Notes: generated by a model from the sequence alone, not told the origin. A stretch of 36,141 bases of DNA from Welwitschia mirabilis (GCA_051453625.1 JBOZIK010000001.1:12771776-12807916), one strand, 5' to 3'. Counted from the first letter of the stretch, positions 1 to 12,932 are shown. Made by a program: numbers and translations.

Positions 1-799
1 TTTGTGCTGCTTCAAGTCAGGTCGACCAGACCTATATGGGGTCGACCAAATGTAGATAGGGTTAACCAGACTGTATGTAATCTTTAAATGGGGTCGACTA
101 GATGATCCATGGGGTTGATCGAACCTACACAGATGACCAAACTTGAAATGGTTTTCTAACTGTTATCTCACTTAATCTACTTGTTGTAAATGTCAGGTTC
201 CCTTCTAGCTATGTAATAATTATATTTTTGGGAATCCATTTCAAGAGTCTATAGTCAAAACTCAAGGAGAGATTGAACTTATTGAAAAGGTAGGTTGTAC
301 TCTTGGTTTGAAAAGCTTACCTTTGTAGCACCATTCTTCTCTCCCTCAGTACCTACCGATATATTAAATCTGAGTAATAATGCTCCATTGTTTGTACTTG
401 CATTTGATTGATTTAGAGCACAAAGGCTTCATCCCATCACTCACAGTTGAAGGAGCTAGAAGGTTGAGACTTAGCCTAGAAAAGTCCATTTTATGAAGGT
501 TGAGACTTAGCCTATAAAAGCCCGCTTTGTAAAGGTTGAAGGTTACCCTTGAAAACCTAGTAGATAGTGAAGTTACAGAGATCTGGTATAGTCTTGGTTG
601 TTGTTTGTCATTCGAGAGTGGAGTAGGGTCTATCCCGAACCACTATAAATCTTGTCTTCTGCATTATTTTGGTTTTGCTTATAAGTTTATGTCGTTATAT
701 CTTTGTTATTTTGTGATGTCCACTTTGGGTAGTAACAGTTGTTTAAATCCTTTTAAGAAATCCTGTTCACCCCCATTCTAAGTTTAAAATCAATTCTCA
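1..799 (+). mobile_element. 3' part of a Sirevirus-type Ty1/copia LTR (3' LTR or solo LTR, cut by the window start)
   Basis: Has GGTCGACC palindromic repeats (19-125), AAGGTTGAGACTTAGCCT repeats and a GAGAGTGGAGTAGGG...CCACTATAAATC block, all shared with the LTRs at 28289 and 34331. Ends in a C-rich terminus (CCTGTTCACCCCCATTCTA...TTCTCA). No PBS follows. Confidence 0.8.
460..540 (+). repeat. ~36-bp tandem repeat (AAGGTTGAGACTTAGCCTAGAAAAG...) in the SIRE LTR
   Basis: Copies start at 460 and 496, with a partial copy at 531. Related ~33-bp arrays occur at ~29452-29557 and ~35437-35540. Confidence 0.85.
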
Positions 800-1512
800 A
801 AGTGGACAAGGAATACATAGTCCATTTACGAGGAAATTGTCCAAACGATGCGAATTTAGATTAAGGAGAAATGGGATGCGAAAGTCCAACAAAGGAACAA
901 TACATTTCCTGAGACAACTCACTTTCACGTAAGGGAGGATGATGCAAGAGTATCCTTAAAAAGTAAAAGTAAAAATAAAAAATGTGTTTTAGTTAGCTCC
1001 TAGAGGTCAATTTACCAACGTTTTAGTGTACTTGTGTAGAAAATAAAATCTGCCTTGTTTAAATGCCATGTAGGAATGAGTGGTCATTTAATTTAGCATA
1101 TACCGAATATGCTATGTTTAAAGGAATCTAGGTGTAAGGTACATGTTATATTTAGAAGCTATTTAGGGTAAAATGTGTAAGAGGCTAGTAATAAAGAAGT
1201 CCTGCATGATGAAAGTTCCTCTTGAAGCCTTATAAATAGAGGAAAGTGGTAGGTATAAAGGTTATCAAAGTAATCAAAGTGGTAAAATCTAGGGTGAGGC
1301 TTTTGGAGGCCACTGTTGAGGAGAGCTCGTAGAAGTTCTAGCACATGAGATTCCAGTTTGTAAGCTTGTACTTTTTATACTATTAATATAAAGCGATTCT
1401 TTCATTGCCTCCAGTACTTTGTTTCTTGTGTATTTCTTCTTTCTTTCTGTCTCTCACTGAATACACAATCCCAAAAATGATGTTGGGGTTTCATTGCGTT
1501 AGCTCTACATCA
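800..1512 (+). mobile_element. Probable remnant of a second, unrelated LTR interrupted by the SIRE LTR
   Basis: CCTTATAAATAGAGG TATA context at ~1228-1242, then TTGTAA/ATATAAAG U5-like text, ending ...CTCTACATCA at 1512. No partner LTR is visible. Confidence 0.35.
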
Positions 1513-2393
1513 ATAACACAGCAAGACATATGTTATGTAGCACATCACAACGTAGGTAACAAGTTATCTTTTCCTTTTCTTGTTACTCTGCCAGCTGCCA
1601 CCTTTCTGTCATAACTTCAACAATGTCAGTGCCTCTCTTACTCATCACTGATGTCATCATCCTGTGTTAGTGGAGACTACATTCAACACAAGAGTATTTA
1701 CTGAATATACCTTCCCATGTTTGATTAACTTTGACCATACACCACCACTGTCTCTCTATTTCTGATAACTAAAATATCAAACAGAGTCTTCTATCATGCA
1801 GGATGTAATGACATTGTTTGTTTCTTGATGCAGACTCTCCTTTGGCAGATTTCAGGGGCTTCACCATGTCTAGGATTAAGAAGGTTATATATTATCAATT
1901 AGATCAGAGATTTCCTACAGGTTCTGCCTCCTTGTGGTCTTGGAGTTTGGTCCATGATTTGTTCTTTATCTATCTTAATAGATGAAACTCCCAAGTAAAC
2001 TTATACACAGAGGACATGCTAAAACAACATCATGTATTTTTATGCACATTTTCTGACAATTTGTTAGTGCTTAATACATAATCCATATCTCTCAAACTTT
2101 TTTATTAGGACGTTTATGATTCCATACTTCACCATTTTGAAAATCTCTAAGGCATGATATTTTATCAATGTAAATATATTTAGTAATTGCAAGAAATGGA
2201 CACTTTGATTATTAATATTATGGTTCTTCAAAGCATCCTGAATTGTCTGAGGATTTTCATTATGTGATTATGTGTATTGACATCCAGTCATCTTTAAGAG
2301 TTTTCTTTCTAGGAAGATGCTATTTTAATTTATGCATTAAAATTAGACTACAGTTATATCGGCTTCAATGGTCTGTGGATATTCCATTTTCAG

Positions 2394-2601
2394 AAAATGA
2401 ATGTTGATACACACTTTATTTTAAAATTCTGCAAGATGGTGGTGGTATCAAGATGGTTTGGAGGAATATTACTTGGGCCCAACAGGTTCAAACACATCAA
2501 TAATGCTGCACGTTCACTACTCGTACAGTGTGGTTATATTAAAGGGGAGGGTGTACAAAATTGCACACAACAAACACAGGACAAGTTTAGTAATAGGAAA
2601 G
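2394..2601 (+). CDS. IMPACT: Exon of an IMPACT/Yih1-family gene (C-terminal part of the UPF0029 'ancient' domain); partial gene or pseudogene
   Basis: Translates to KMNVD...MVVVSRWFGGILLGPNRFKHINNAARSLLVQCGY, matching the eukaryotic IMPACT signature VVVSRW(F/Y)GGILLGPDRFKHINN. Acceptor TTTTCAG ends at 2393 and donor GTAATG starts at 2602. Confidence 0.75.
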
Positions 2602-2690
2602 GTAATGTTACATACTATTTTTCGCCTTCTTGTTATTCAGTTAATTTGAATTACTAAGAAACTGAGTACATTTGCACATTCAATTTTCAG

Positions 2691-2725
2691 AAGTTTTGAC
2701 AACTTATCTTCTGGTATTACCATGA
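2691..2725 (+). CDS. Putative terminal coding exon of the IMPACT-like gene
   Basis: Follows an 89-bp GT...TTTTCAG intron (2602-2690). The spliced frame reads EVLTTYLLVLP to a TGA at 2723-2725. There is no homology support. Confidence 0.35.
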
Positions 2726-4614
2726 AGCAGGGACAAAGTCAGTCAAACCAAATGTGAGATGAAACATAACCAACCAGTTCCGCTTCTGATGGTGTAGCTT
2801 CTTTCATTACAATATTCAATATAAAGTTGAAGGAATCAGACATGAGAGCTGTTGATTCTGCCAATTTTCGATGCACACAAACATGTCCTTTCATTGCCTT
2901 GCATTTTTCAAAGTGTTTTATACACTATTAATGTATCACATAAAATTTCACTCTTAAGATGGAGAAAATAAACTTGAAGGGATGTTGCTTCAGGTATGCT
3001 ACTCAGCTGACACTAGCATGCAGTGTGCATGAAGTGGTAGTTTTCTTATTAATTTTGTATAGCTCGACAATATTGTGACTACTTAAAAGATCTATTTATT
3101 GCATAAAATGTCAAACTCTGAAGATGATAAAAATACGCTTAGTTAGAGAGGGGTGCTGCTTCCAAAGACCTGGAAATACCTTAGGTCAACCCAGAAACCC
3201 ACTATAACACTTGTAAAGGTGACAACTTTATTTTTCAAAAAAAAAAAAAAATCAACAATGGAAAATACAAGATTGTACAAGAATGCTAGAGCCTTAAGGA
3301 ATTTTAGAAATTTAATAATTTAAGAATAAACCAATGGAAATTTCCAAGATTTTTAAGCATAAGCCCTTTAGGAAATTCAGAGGGATGTCTGACGAAATGG
3401 ATAAATAAGTGATCGGGACAAATATGTGTAAACATAGAAAATGACCTATGCAGCTGTAGATTTAATGCTGAAGAAGAGGGAATAGTTGATTTTTTAAACA
3501 TCAGAAGAATCTCTTACAAGCATGAATGGAATATGAGATTAGCGTACAGCATTCAATTGGCAGATCTGAAACAGCATAACTAGGATTTGGCCTTGTTCAA
3601 TTACTGTGCAGCTCTTTAGAAGTTCTGTGCAGCTAGACATTCTTGCACATGATTTTCTTTCTTTGAAACAATCAATTTGATCATTTGTTTCAAAGAATTT
3701 TAGATTTTTTGTTTTATCTTTAATATTTATACACTTTTTTTAAAAAATTTATTTTCTAAAAGGGAAAATTTCTAGATTTAATAATAAAGAAAATAATTTA
3801 TATTTCAAAAGAAAGTTACAAAGAAAAAAATTATCAATCTATATTTTCTTACACAAATAAATGACTTTTTGAGAAGATAAATAAAATCTGAAAAAACAGA
3901 AAGGAAATAAATCCATCTGAAAATTTGGGATTCCTTGAGTAATAAGAGAAAAGTAGTGGTTTAAAAAGACTTCATTAATTAAATTTTTCTCTCTTAGCTA
4001 AAATAGTTTGCCATTTACATAGAGAAAATGGAAAATGGGAACAAGTATTAAAGGTTAGAAATCTAAATCATTCTGAAAATTTCTTTGAAGACTAATGAAG
4101 TCTCTTCAATTTAAAATGGATTGTAAAAATTATAATATTGCTTAAAGAACTGTATGCATTTCAATACATATGGAAAGTCGAAATAGCAAGATAAGAACAA
4201 TTTTGATCTTTAGAAATATGTAATAGTCTTTGAAGTTATTCACCAAATTTGAATGTAATTAAACAGGGAAAACAGAATTATCCTAAAACTATAGTAGTGA
4301 TTTTTCTGTGGGACAGATACATTATCATGTCTATATTCAATATTACTCTTACAAAATGAATAGGATCCTCTTAGACATTGTTTTCTATACTATTTGCGAG
4401 TACTAAAGGTTTTGGACTTTGTTTTCTTTTTTCTCTTTCTTCATGATAGCAACAACTTTGTTAAGTGATAGATGAATATTGTTTTTTGTCATTTACTGCT
4501 TCATGTATTATGGCAACTTTGGAAAGAGCATAATTGAAGATTCTTTATAAGAATAGTCTCATGTTTTATGTGTTCGACATTAATTATTTATTTATAATTA
4601 ATTGTTGATGCATA

Positions 4615-4820
4615 GAAAGAAAGCTTGGAAATTTCAAATGGATTTGTAGTTCAAAATGGAATGCTATTGTTCCCATATTCCAATTTTCTTGTTTAGGAAT
4701 ATGATTTGCCATTTTATTTATTTACAATTAATTCTTAATGAATACAAGGAAAGCCTGGAAATTTAAAACGATTGATAGTTTGAAAATGTAATGTTGTTGT
4801 TCCCATATTCCAATTTTCTT
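4615..4820. repeat. Diverged ~75-bp direct repeat
   Basis: GAAAGCTTGGAAATTT...TTGTTCCCATATTCCAATTTTCTT occurs at ~4615-4690 and ~4746-4820. Confidence 0.75.
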
Positions 4821-6040
4821 TCTCTATTCTTGTCTAGCCTTTCATGAGTTTATGGATAGGCAATCTAGACTTTTTATCATTTTAGAATGATCTCATGTTG
4901 TTTTCTCTTTTAGCCCTTAGTGGTCTAGGTTGATCATAATATAGATTTCTACTTTTTGTAATGACTTCATAGACAAAATCCACCTCACATATTCAGTTGT
5001 TGCTATGGTTTCTCAAATGTGAGTCATGTTGTATACAAGGACGAAGCATCATGCAACTAATACGGTTTTGGAGCTACCCTTTGTGATGGATTCACAATGT
5101 AGATCTGGCACCACATTATGCATGCATGATGTCTTGATTAGCATGTAATTATGGGTTTTTACCTTCTTTAAATTATTTAGAAACCTAATTTTTCAATAAA
5201 GATTTTCTAATTATATTATTATAAAGAGTGGAATCTTTATTCATTATATTCTTATTTCTTAACTATAGATTAACTCCTATTTTAATTAACATGGTTTAAA
5301 AGGTAAAAAATAATGCACAGAAATATGATAAAAGACTTTAATAGAGCATTAACATAAGTAAAGGCTAGTGATGAGATATTTATTCTAAAACAACAATGAT
5401 AAAAGAAATGATAGTTTACAAGAATAAGAAGTAATACAAGTGTTAAAAAGTGTTGGAAAGTGCTTGAAAACCTATGGGCGCATCTTATAATTTATAAGCC
5501 CCAAAAAATTGTTATGATGTAATGAAATTTTTATATAATTTACTAGAAAATGTATTCTGTAGACGTTTTATGATTTACGCAAGATGCGAGTTGTAGAGAA
5601 TATAATGACATGAGATGATTTGATAAAAAAACAAATGTAAAGAAAAATTTTAATGCTAGGTTTTGGCCATTACCTATCTTTACTTCCACAAGAAGTTCCT
5701 TGTACAATGCCTTTACATTTTGAATTACTTTAGACAGATGTCATTAAAAGACACTTTCACATGTCCTTTATTATAATTGATTGAGCTTGACAATCAAGCA
5801 AGCATCATTTNNNNNNNNNNNNNNNNNNNNNNNNNNNNNNNNNNNNNNNNNNNNNNNNNNNNNNNNNNNNNNNNNNNNNNNNNNNNNNNNNNNNNNNNNN
5901 NNNNNNNNNNNNNNNNNNNNNNNNNNNNNNNNNNNNNNNNNNNNNNNNNNGAACTATTATAATTTGTTAAAGAAGATGCAAACTAGCTTAGATGAGAACT
6001 TAGTAATTTCATTGAGTAATAGGTGCGGTGTGACATGAAT

Positions 6041-6186
6041 TTGTACCACCATTAGGAGAAGCAAAACTAACCATTTGCAATGGAGACAAAGGAATCTCTT
6101 TGTTATCTATGCAACTTTGAACATAAAGAGATTCCTTTCTCTCCATTGCAAATGGTTATGTTCCACTTTTCCTAATGGTGATACAA
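6041..6186. repeat. Long imperfect inverted repeat (~65-bp stem, ~15-nt loop); candidate MIRNA/hpRNA or fold-back remnant
   Basis: TTGTACCACCATTAGGAGAAGCAAAACTAACCATTTGCAATGGAGACAAAGGAATCTCTTTGTT pairs with AACATAAAGAGATTCCTTTCTCTCCATTGCAAATGGTTATGTTCCACTTTTCCTAATGGTGATACAA. Confidence 0.9.
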
Positions 6187-9022
6187 CAAGATCCAAATAA
6201 GAAACCTAGTGGATTACTTTTGTGGTTACTATTTGATGTTGTTATAAGACACTCAAATTTAGCAAAGGATGCTATATAGTGAAGGTTATAGCACTCTGTA
6301 GTATGATAAATTTAAGTTTTAGCTCAGTCTAAAAAATAATAATAATAAAAACCATAGTACCAAAAAGAAGTAGAGAAAGCTATGTTCTAAATTAATGCAA
6401 CTTATTCAAATCCATTGTGATCTAATTTATTATGTGATCAATGTTAATTTTTTATCCATCCTATGGTTGTATCTCAACACTATACATTCATGCTTATTCT
6501 TCATGATTGATATTGATGATGACCCTTGTATCGAGAGTGGTAAATCACCTCTCATACGAGTTCCTNNNNNNNNNNNNNNNNNNNNNNNNNNNNNNNNNNN
6601 NNNNNNNNNNNNNNNNNNNNNNNNNNNNNNNNNNNNNNNNNNNTCAAGCATAGGGTGTGTTTGGTGAGGAACAACTTACTCCTTTGACACCTATTGATCT
6701 TGCAAGTTTAAGTTAAATAGTAACTTGTCATGTTTAATTTGTTATGGAAAGAGGATTATCCTAATGCAAAGATGTCACTAAAACATTTGTCGTGAGACCT
6801 TAAGGAAGAATTTTTTCCTTTAAAATTTTATTTTATTTAATAATCAAAGGTGTATAAAATAGCATTTCTTGTCCCCTTACATGAAGAGTAGATGACCATT
6901 AACATGAAATAGAGGATGCTCTCTTGAAATCTTTTCATTCAAGGACTTTATGAACGATTAGGGTCATTGTTAGTAATGTTTTTGGACCATGCTTAAAGGA
7001 AGTCAATCATGCTATGCAAGACCATCTTACTCAACAAAATGACCTTCATATCTTCTTTTCAAAGATGACTACGAACGTGACAAGGTGGAATTTTATAGGA
7101 TTTGATAACATAACTACATCACCTTAGTTTTTAACATTCTAATTTTAGTTATCATGGCCATAATTACTAACATTGTTGGGATGCCAAAAATGTAAGATAC
7201 ATGAAAATAAAGAGATCATCCCAACACTTTTAGAACATCATTTTATTGTGAAGCCTTTGATTAGGCACTAGTAGCTCATGAGAAGGATGCCTCCAAATCT
7301 AAATTTTTGATTAATATATGACAAGATAAGTATCATCCCATTGATTGGCTTTTTATGCCTATGGTTTTCCATTGCATCATTGTTTATGTGCTACCAAAAC
7401 AAAGGAACATCAAGGTTTCTTACTTTCTATTTATAAATCCAATGCATCAAAGTGCATACTAGAAGAAAAACCTCAATGGAGTGATCTATGCCTTGCCAAT
7501 GCTAATAAACAAAACTTTGCAAAAGGAATGGGACAATCTCATGGACTTATACATGAGAGGTTGAAAGAAAAGATTTTAATCTTTGCATACTCATATGAAG
7601 ACTCAGTATTTACCCAACAACGTTTTGAGTACAAATTAAAGCATGAATGTTGAAAAAGTTTAATAATTCAAGACTAAAAGTTATGAACACTTTAATAAAC
7701 TACATGTCTTAGCTTAATATTAAGTCAAACATTATTAATGGAATCATAGAATAATAAATTACTTTATTATTTTAGTTAATAAGTGTAGACACATATACAC
7801 GTTTTCATGGCTTAATAAAATTCTTAAAGTTGAGTTAATGGTATAATTATTAATGGGCTGATGGATTAAAGCAATTCCAAGTGTATCCAATGATAGCAAT
7901 AAGCACTATTGTTAGCGTTAATCATATTGTTAAAGGTCATCTTCCTTTATAGAGAATATTAAATAAAGTAAAGATCATTTAAAGGTGTACTTTAGACTAT
8001 AAAAATCCTTAAATAACCTCTATTTATCTTGAAGGGATTGGATATGAAAATTCTTTTGAAATTTTAACCAAAACACTCCTTCACTCTGGTTTTATGTATT
8101 TTAAGGAAAATATTGAGAGAATTTTGTATGTGTATATATTGCTATAAATCTATTTTTCAAATATTTTTAACATAAAGAGATCATATGTGAGCACTCTAAA
8201 ATTCATGTTCTACATGTATTAATGTAAAAGGTCTTATCAACATGACTTGATAAAATTTTTTTAAATAGTTATAGATAGTGGTGAGTATACAAGTATTGAA
8301 CTAACAAAACTATGTATTTGCAACAAACGGGAATTGTTCTCACAACATTGTCACTTTAATATGATAAAAAACTTATATTATGACTAAGTAAAAATTCATT
8401 ATGACAAGAGAGATTAAAGAATGAAAGAACTTTATGTACAAAATAAAACATATTTACAACTGCACTTTGTCAAACCACATTAAGTGTATCATTAATGGAG
8501 AAAGGAAATCACATAGTTAGGAAAGCATCTAAGTGGTAAAAGGTATTTAGAAAATCATTTATAACAATTCATGAAGTTTAGATATGTTCATTGACATTGT
8601 AAAAATTCTTAGACAAAATGATTCATCCTATTAGGCAAAAGTGAAATATTAAGTAAAATTTTTGAAATTTATGCTTTTTGCATTGGAAAAAATATGTTCA
8701 TTAGGCATAGGTTGAGTCATTCATTAAAACAATAAGTTCTTTATGATTTAACATATTTCAAATAACGGATATTGACCATTAGAATCATTTACTGCAATCC
8801 TCTATGCTTAAATAGACTAAAACTGTATTCTAGTTTATAAAATTTAACTTATAGATCATGAAAAATGCATGTCAAAAACTATAGAATTTGAGTGTGAAAT
8901 TATAAGTGAATCATTTAATAACATTTATTGCATGTAATAGGTTTAACAAGCACAAAACTATGTATGATATTTCATGAGAAGTACTTGCTTTAGAAACATG
9001 CATTTTGTGTGAAACTAAAGTA

Positions 9023-9095
9023 AGAAAGAAAAAATAAGAAGAAAAAAGTTGACATAAAGAGTAGAAAGAAAAAATAAGAAGAAAAAAGTTGACAT
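9023..9095. repeat. 40-bp-period tandem duplication
   Basis: AGAAAGAAAAAATAAGAAGAAAAAAGTTGACAT occurs at 9023 and 9063. Confidence 0.85.
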
Positions 9096-9621
9096 CTAGG
9101 AACTCTTTAAAATCTGTTTATTATAGTGTACTTACAAATAAGAGAGTGATTTCTTAGTCATAAACACAATGATTAATTGAATGTAAACAAAACATGTGTA
9201 CAATATGCAAAAAAAATGTTTGAATGTTTGTTTTAGACGAAAATATTAATAAATTGAAAAACACATAAAAAAACCTAAATAGATATTCTAANNNNNNNNN
9301 NNNNNNNNNNNNNNNNNNNNNNNNNNNNNNNNNNNNNNNNNNNNNNNNNNNNNNNNNNNNNNNNNNNNNNNNNNNNNNNNNNNNNNNNNNNTAGACGAAA
9401 ATATTAAGAAATTGATAAACACATAAAAAAACCTACTTAGATATTCTAAAACTTCACAAACTTGAGTACAAAATAAATTTTTTACTTGCATAAAAACACT
9501 CTAATTTGATTAAAAAACAAGGCATTAAAAATTAAACTTTTGGAAAACTACAAGTAGAAGAAATGTAAGCAAATTTAAAATCAGAAAAGAATGCAAATTT
9601 GGGAATTTTTTGGAAGGAAAC

Positions 9622-9691
9622 ATGTAAGGACCTCTTTATAAAAGGTTTCAAGAAATTAAGATGTAAGGACCTCTTTATAAAAGGTTTCAAG
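9622..9691. repeat. 31-bp exact direct repeat (39-bp period)
   Basis: ATGTAAGGACCTCTTTATAAAAGGTTTCAAG occurs at 9622 and 9661. Confidence 0.9.
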
Positions 9692-10997
9692 TAAGATTTG
9701 TAAAAAGGTATATATTAGAGGGGGTTTTTCTAGGGTTTGCTAAAGTTACAGGAAACATACATGCTTGATGCTAGTGGTTTTTATGAGAAAGGATAAAAAA
9801 GGCTAATAAAACATTTTTTAAAAATAGAAGAAAAAATAAGAAAAATGGAAATAGTAAAAATATATTAAAATTAATTATCTAAAAAAAGTGGATGAGATTT
9901 GAGATCAGTTTACTAGTGTTTTGAAATAAAAGATGGAAATGTTAAATGGAAAACAATAGAAAGAGGGGAGAAACAAATAGGAAATTCAAATATTTAAAAG
10001 ATTTATATTAAAAGAACTTTACTTCTATTTAAAGAATATAATATAAATCCTAATTTCATGGAAAACTATCAAAAAATAACATCTACTCACATTTTAATGT
10101 TGAAAACCTAATAGAAAAGCATGAAAACTTTAAACAATGTTGAAAATGTGAAGTATAAACATGGCAAAAAAAAAAAAAAAGAAAATAAAAAAAAAAAGTT
10201 TCCATAAGATGGAGATATGAAATAGAAAATAACACCCCTTTATTATTTTTAAATCATTGAAATGCTTACAAAGTAATACTTAGCACCAAAATTCCTTAAA
10301 ACTAATGAAATGGACCCGTCTCGAACATACTAAAGCCTCTTCTTGGGTGCAAATTATACAAAAGTGGATTAGGTGATGGATAGTGATCTGATATAGTGAG
10401 ATAGTCAAGTAATAGTGGTAGAATTTCATTAAACTAATAAAAATGGCTCTAAAATCACTATAAAAATGAAGAAATTGATAGAATATGGGCTTCACAAGAG
10501 ATTAGATGGCTTGAATATTTACGTAACTAGGTTATCTAGTAAATTTTGGGTCAAATTTTATTTTTTGACTCTTGAAACATGAAAAAATAACAAATTTGAC
10601 ATTCTGGAAAGGTTGAAAATCATCAAAAACATGTCTTGAAAGTCTTGGATTCCTAATGGAAGATTAGGTATAATTTATATGTTATGGGAACATTATATGG
10701 ATCCCTTAGAATTCATGTTGATCACATAAGAATTTCCTTGATAATTGCGATGACCCTAGGAATCATTGTTTGTAGTAGTATTGGATCATTAGTGAGGTTT
10801 GCACCACATGATCAAGCTAATTGACAAGGTGTCACATAAGCATGAGATGTCTTAAACATTAATCTCATGAGTTCTCCACCTCTTCATGATAGCCTAATTA
10901 CATCCTTGTCCTAGCTCCTTATCATTAACTCTAAGCATGATTATCAAAAAATGCTCTAAAAGGAGTTAAAATAATTGCAATTTGTTTTCTTTTGTTG

Positions 10998-11030
10998 TCT
11001 TCTTCTTCTTCTTCTTCTTCTTCTTCTTCT
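10998..11030. repeat. (TCT)11 microsatellite
   Basis: Read directly from the sequence. Confidence 0.95.
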
Positions 11031-11226
11031 TTGGTCATGGCCATACATAATCAACTACTTCAAAATATAACTAGACTCCTCTAAGTGCAACATAAGGTCT
11101 CAAAAACCTTATAAAACATAGGAGAAATGTATGTGATTTTGATAGAAAAGAAGGCATTATCTACCAAAATTTAGTATAGTTTTTTAAAAATATAATAAAA
11201 TTCTTTGAAGTGCAACATAAAAAACC

Positions 11227-12349
11227 TGATGCGATGCCAAATTGTATGTATTTGATGGGGTGTTATGAGCCATTTTGTAGGATATCTATATAGGTTTAGA
11301 TGCAATTCTGTGGATTATGGAGGATTGATGGAAGATCTTAGAAATGTACAATTCTTGGCATGATTAGAGGTATTTAAGGCACATTGTGATACACATGCCT
11401 TTGGAGGAAGGTCACTGATGAAAAAGATTAGCTTCTCTTGAGTTAGAAGGACAAAGAAGACGGTTGTCCATTCTGTCATCCTCACGACAGGAAGGATGAT
11501 GACACTATAGACGCCACATTAGTTGTTGATGTGAACTAGAGCTGACACTGCTGAGTCATCTGTTATAAAGGGCTATGGTTCCCATGGTCATTTCCACGAC
11601 ATGCAGGACGATGATTGTAACATTTGATCCATCATCCCCTTGGTCATCTCCACGACAGCCATGACGACACTTGTAACTGCTAGCCGACCTTTGTCTGTTT
11701 CATCCATTTCCTATCTATAATTAAGCACATTTTGTGGCACCTTTTGTACATCGGCTTTGCCTTGTAACCCTATAAATAAAACCTCTCTTCAACTCTCCTC
11801 TCCATCTTCATTTGCATCAGACATTCTCGTGATAAGAGATTGAAGGGTTGGAGATATATCTTGATATTTGCAGAAAGACATTCCCTTGGTAAAGGGTTGT
11901 GCATCCTTCATTGAGGCTCGACTATTTTGTAACCCAGATGCTAGTTCTACTTTAAAATAAAACTCTATTTTCCATTGTGCATCTTAATTTTGTTATATTT
12001 TCCTTGTGATTTATGTTGTCCTTGATCCAGTAATAGCTTCATTAATGATATAGGTCTCAAGGTGAATCTCTGTTAAGATTGAAGAAAGTAGTTTTAGATT
12101 CATTTTGCATTGCATTTAGATTTAGTTGCACTTGCCTTGCATCACATATTTACTTTCTTGCATTGGTTCTTAAGTTTTGGTTATGATATTCTCCGAAAAG
12201 CAATTCTCATTCTTCTCTTATAAGTCTTCAACGGGTTACGACATTTGGATCACTTCCATTCATACTAGAGTGTCTATTTTTCAATTTATATATTTTGATT
12301 AACATGATTTGAAGTAAAATGTAAAGTTGTAAAGATACAAACTACAACA
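11227..12349 (+). repeat. 5' LTR of the Athila-like element (1123 bp, TG...CA)
   Basis: TG at 11227 and ...ACAACA at 12349, followed by the PBS. TATAAATA at 11771. Aligns with 23129-23668. Confidence 0.88.
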
Positions 12350-12352
12350 TTT

Positions 12353-12370
12353 TGGCGCCCTTACTAGGGA
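12353..12370 (+). promoter_or_regulatory. Primer-binding site, degenerate tRNA-Asp type
   Basis: TGGCGCCCTTACTAGGGA versus the Athila consensus TGGCGCCGTTGCCGGGGA, directly after the LTR end. Confidence 0.8.
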
Positions 12371-12932
12371 AGGCTGCTGAGGAGCACGAGGATTTTCATC
12401 ATTTGGGTGAGTAAATCGGATTGTTGTTTAGTTATTTATCTATAGTGACATTATATTGTTGATTAGGAACTGTAGGTTTTTTGTTCTTAATTTTTGGTTT
12501 TTTGTAGTCTGTAATAACAATTATCATCCTTTTTTTCATCCCCACAACCTTGAGAATGACAACACTAGTTTTTTCAGTTTTAATTTTTATTTGTGAGTTT
12601 GGTTTCAGTTCCAGTAGTTAAATAATTGTTACCTCCATCGTCGTTCCCACAACAAGGTAGACAACAACTCGTATTCTATTTTCCATTTTTGGTTTTTGGA
12701 TTTTACTTTCGTCTTAGTATAATAATAATTAGTTCTCATTGTCTCTTGTGTTATCCACACAACCATAAGAATGATAGTCTATGTGTATTTTCGGCTTTTG
12801 GCTTTTTGCTCTATTAAATTTTTGTTTTCCACTTTCTGTTGTTGTCGTCTCCTCTGTCATTCCCATGACAGTCAGGATGACTATTAGTGGTTTTTTATTT
12901 CATTTTTTGTTGTTTTCTATTTACAGGATGTT

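Noticed and set aside
536-1614. Short ORFs of 60-100 aa here and in other LTR or N-spanning regions (e.g. 7345-7653, 28812-29066, 29455-29700)
   Set aside because: Chance ORFs in LTR or low-complexity DNA, or inflated by Ns; no recognisable domains.
1832-1970. Exon-like segments (TGCAG...AAG|GT and CTACAG|GTTCTG) upstream of the IMPACT exon
   Set aside because: No frame gives IMPACT motifs or any recognisable protein, and splice-like sites alone are insufficient.
3230-4270. Possible LINE remnant next to an A-tract
   Set aside because: No recognisable RT, endonuclease or RNase H motif and no TSD.
9233-9450. ~60-bp duplication flanking an N gap
   Set aside because: Likely an overlap artefact. 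A short tandem repeat cannot be excluded but is unsupported.
6700-11226. Possible very old minus-strand LTR element (A-rich leader-like DNA, TAGCACCAAAA at ~10281 as a PBS candidate)
   Set aside because: No protein motif, LTR pair or convincing PBS could be established by eye.
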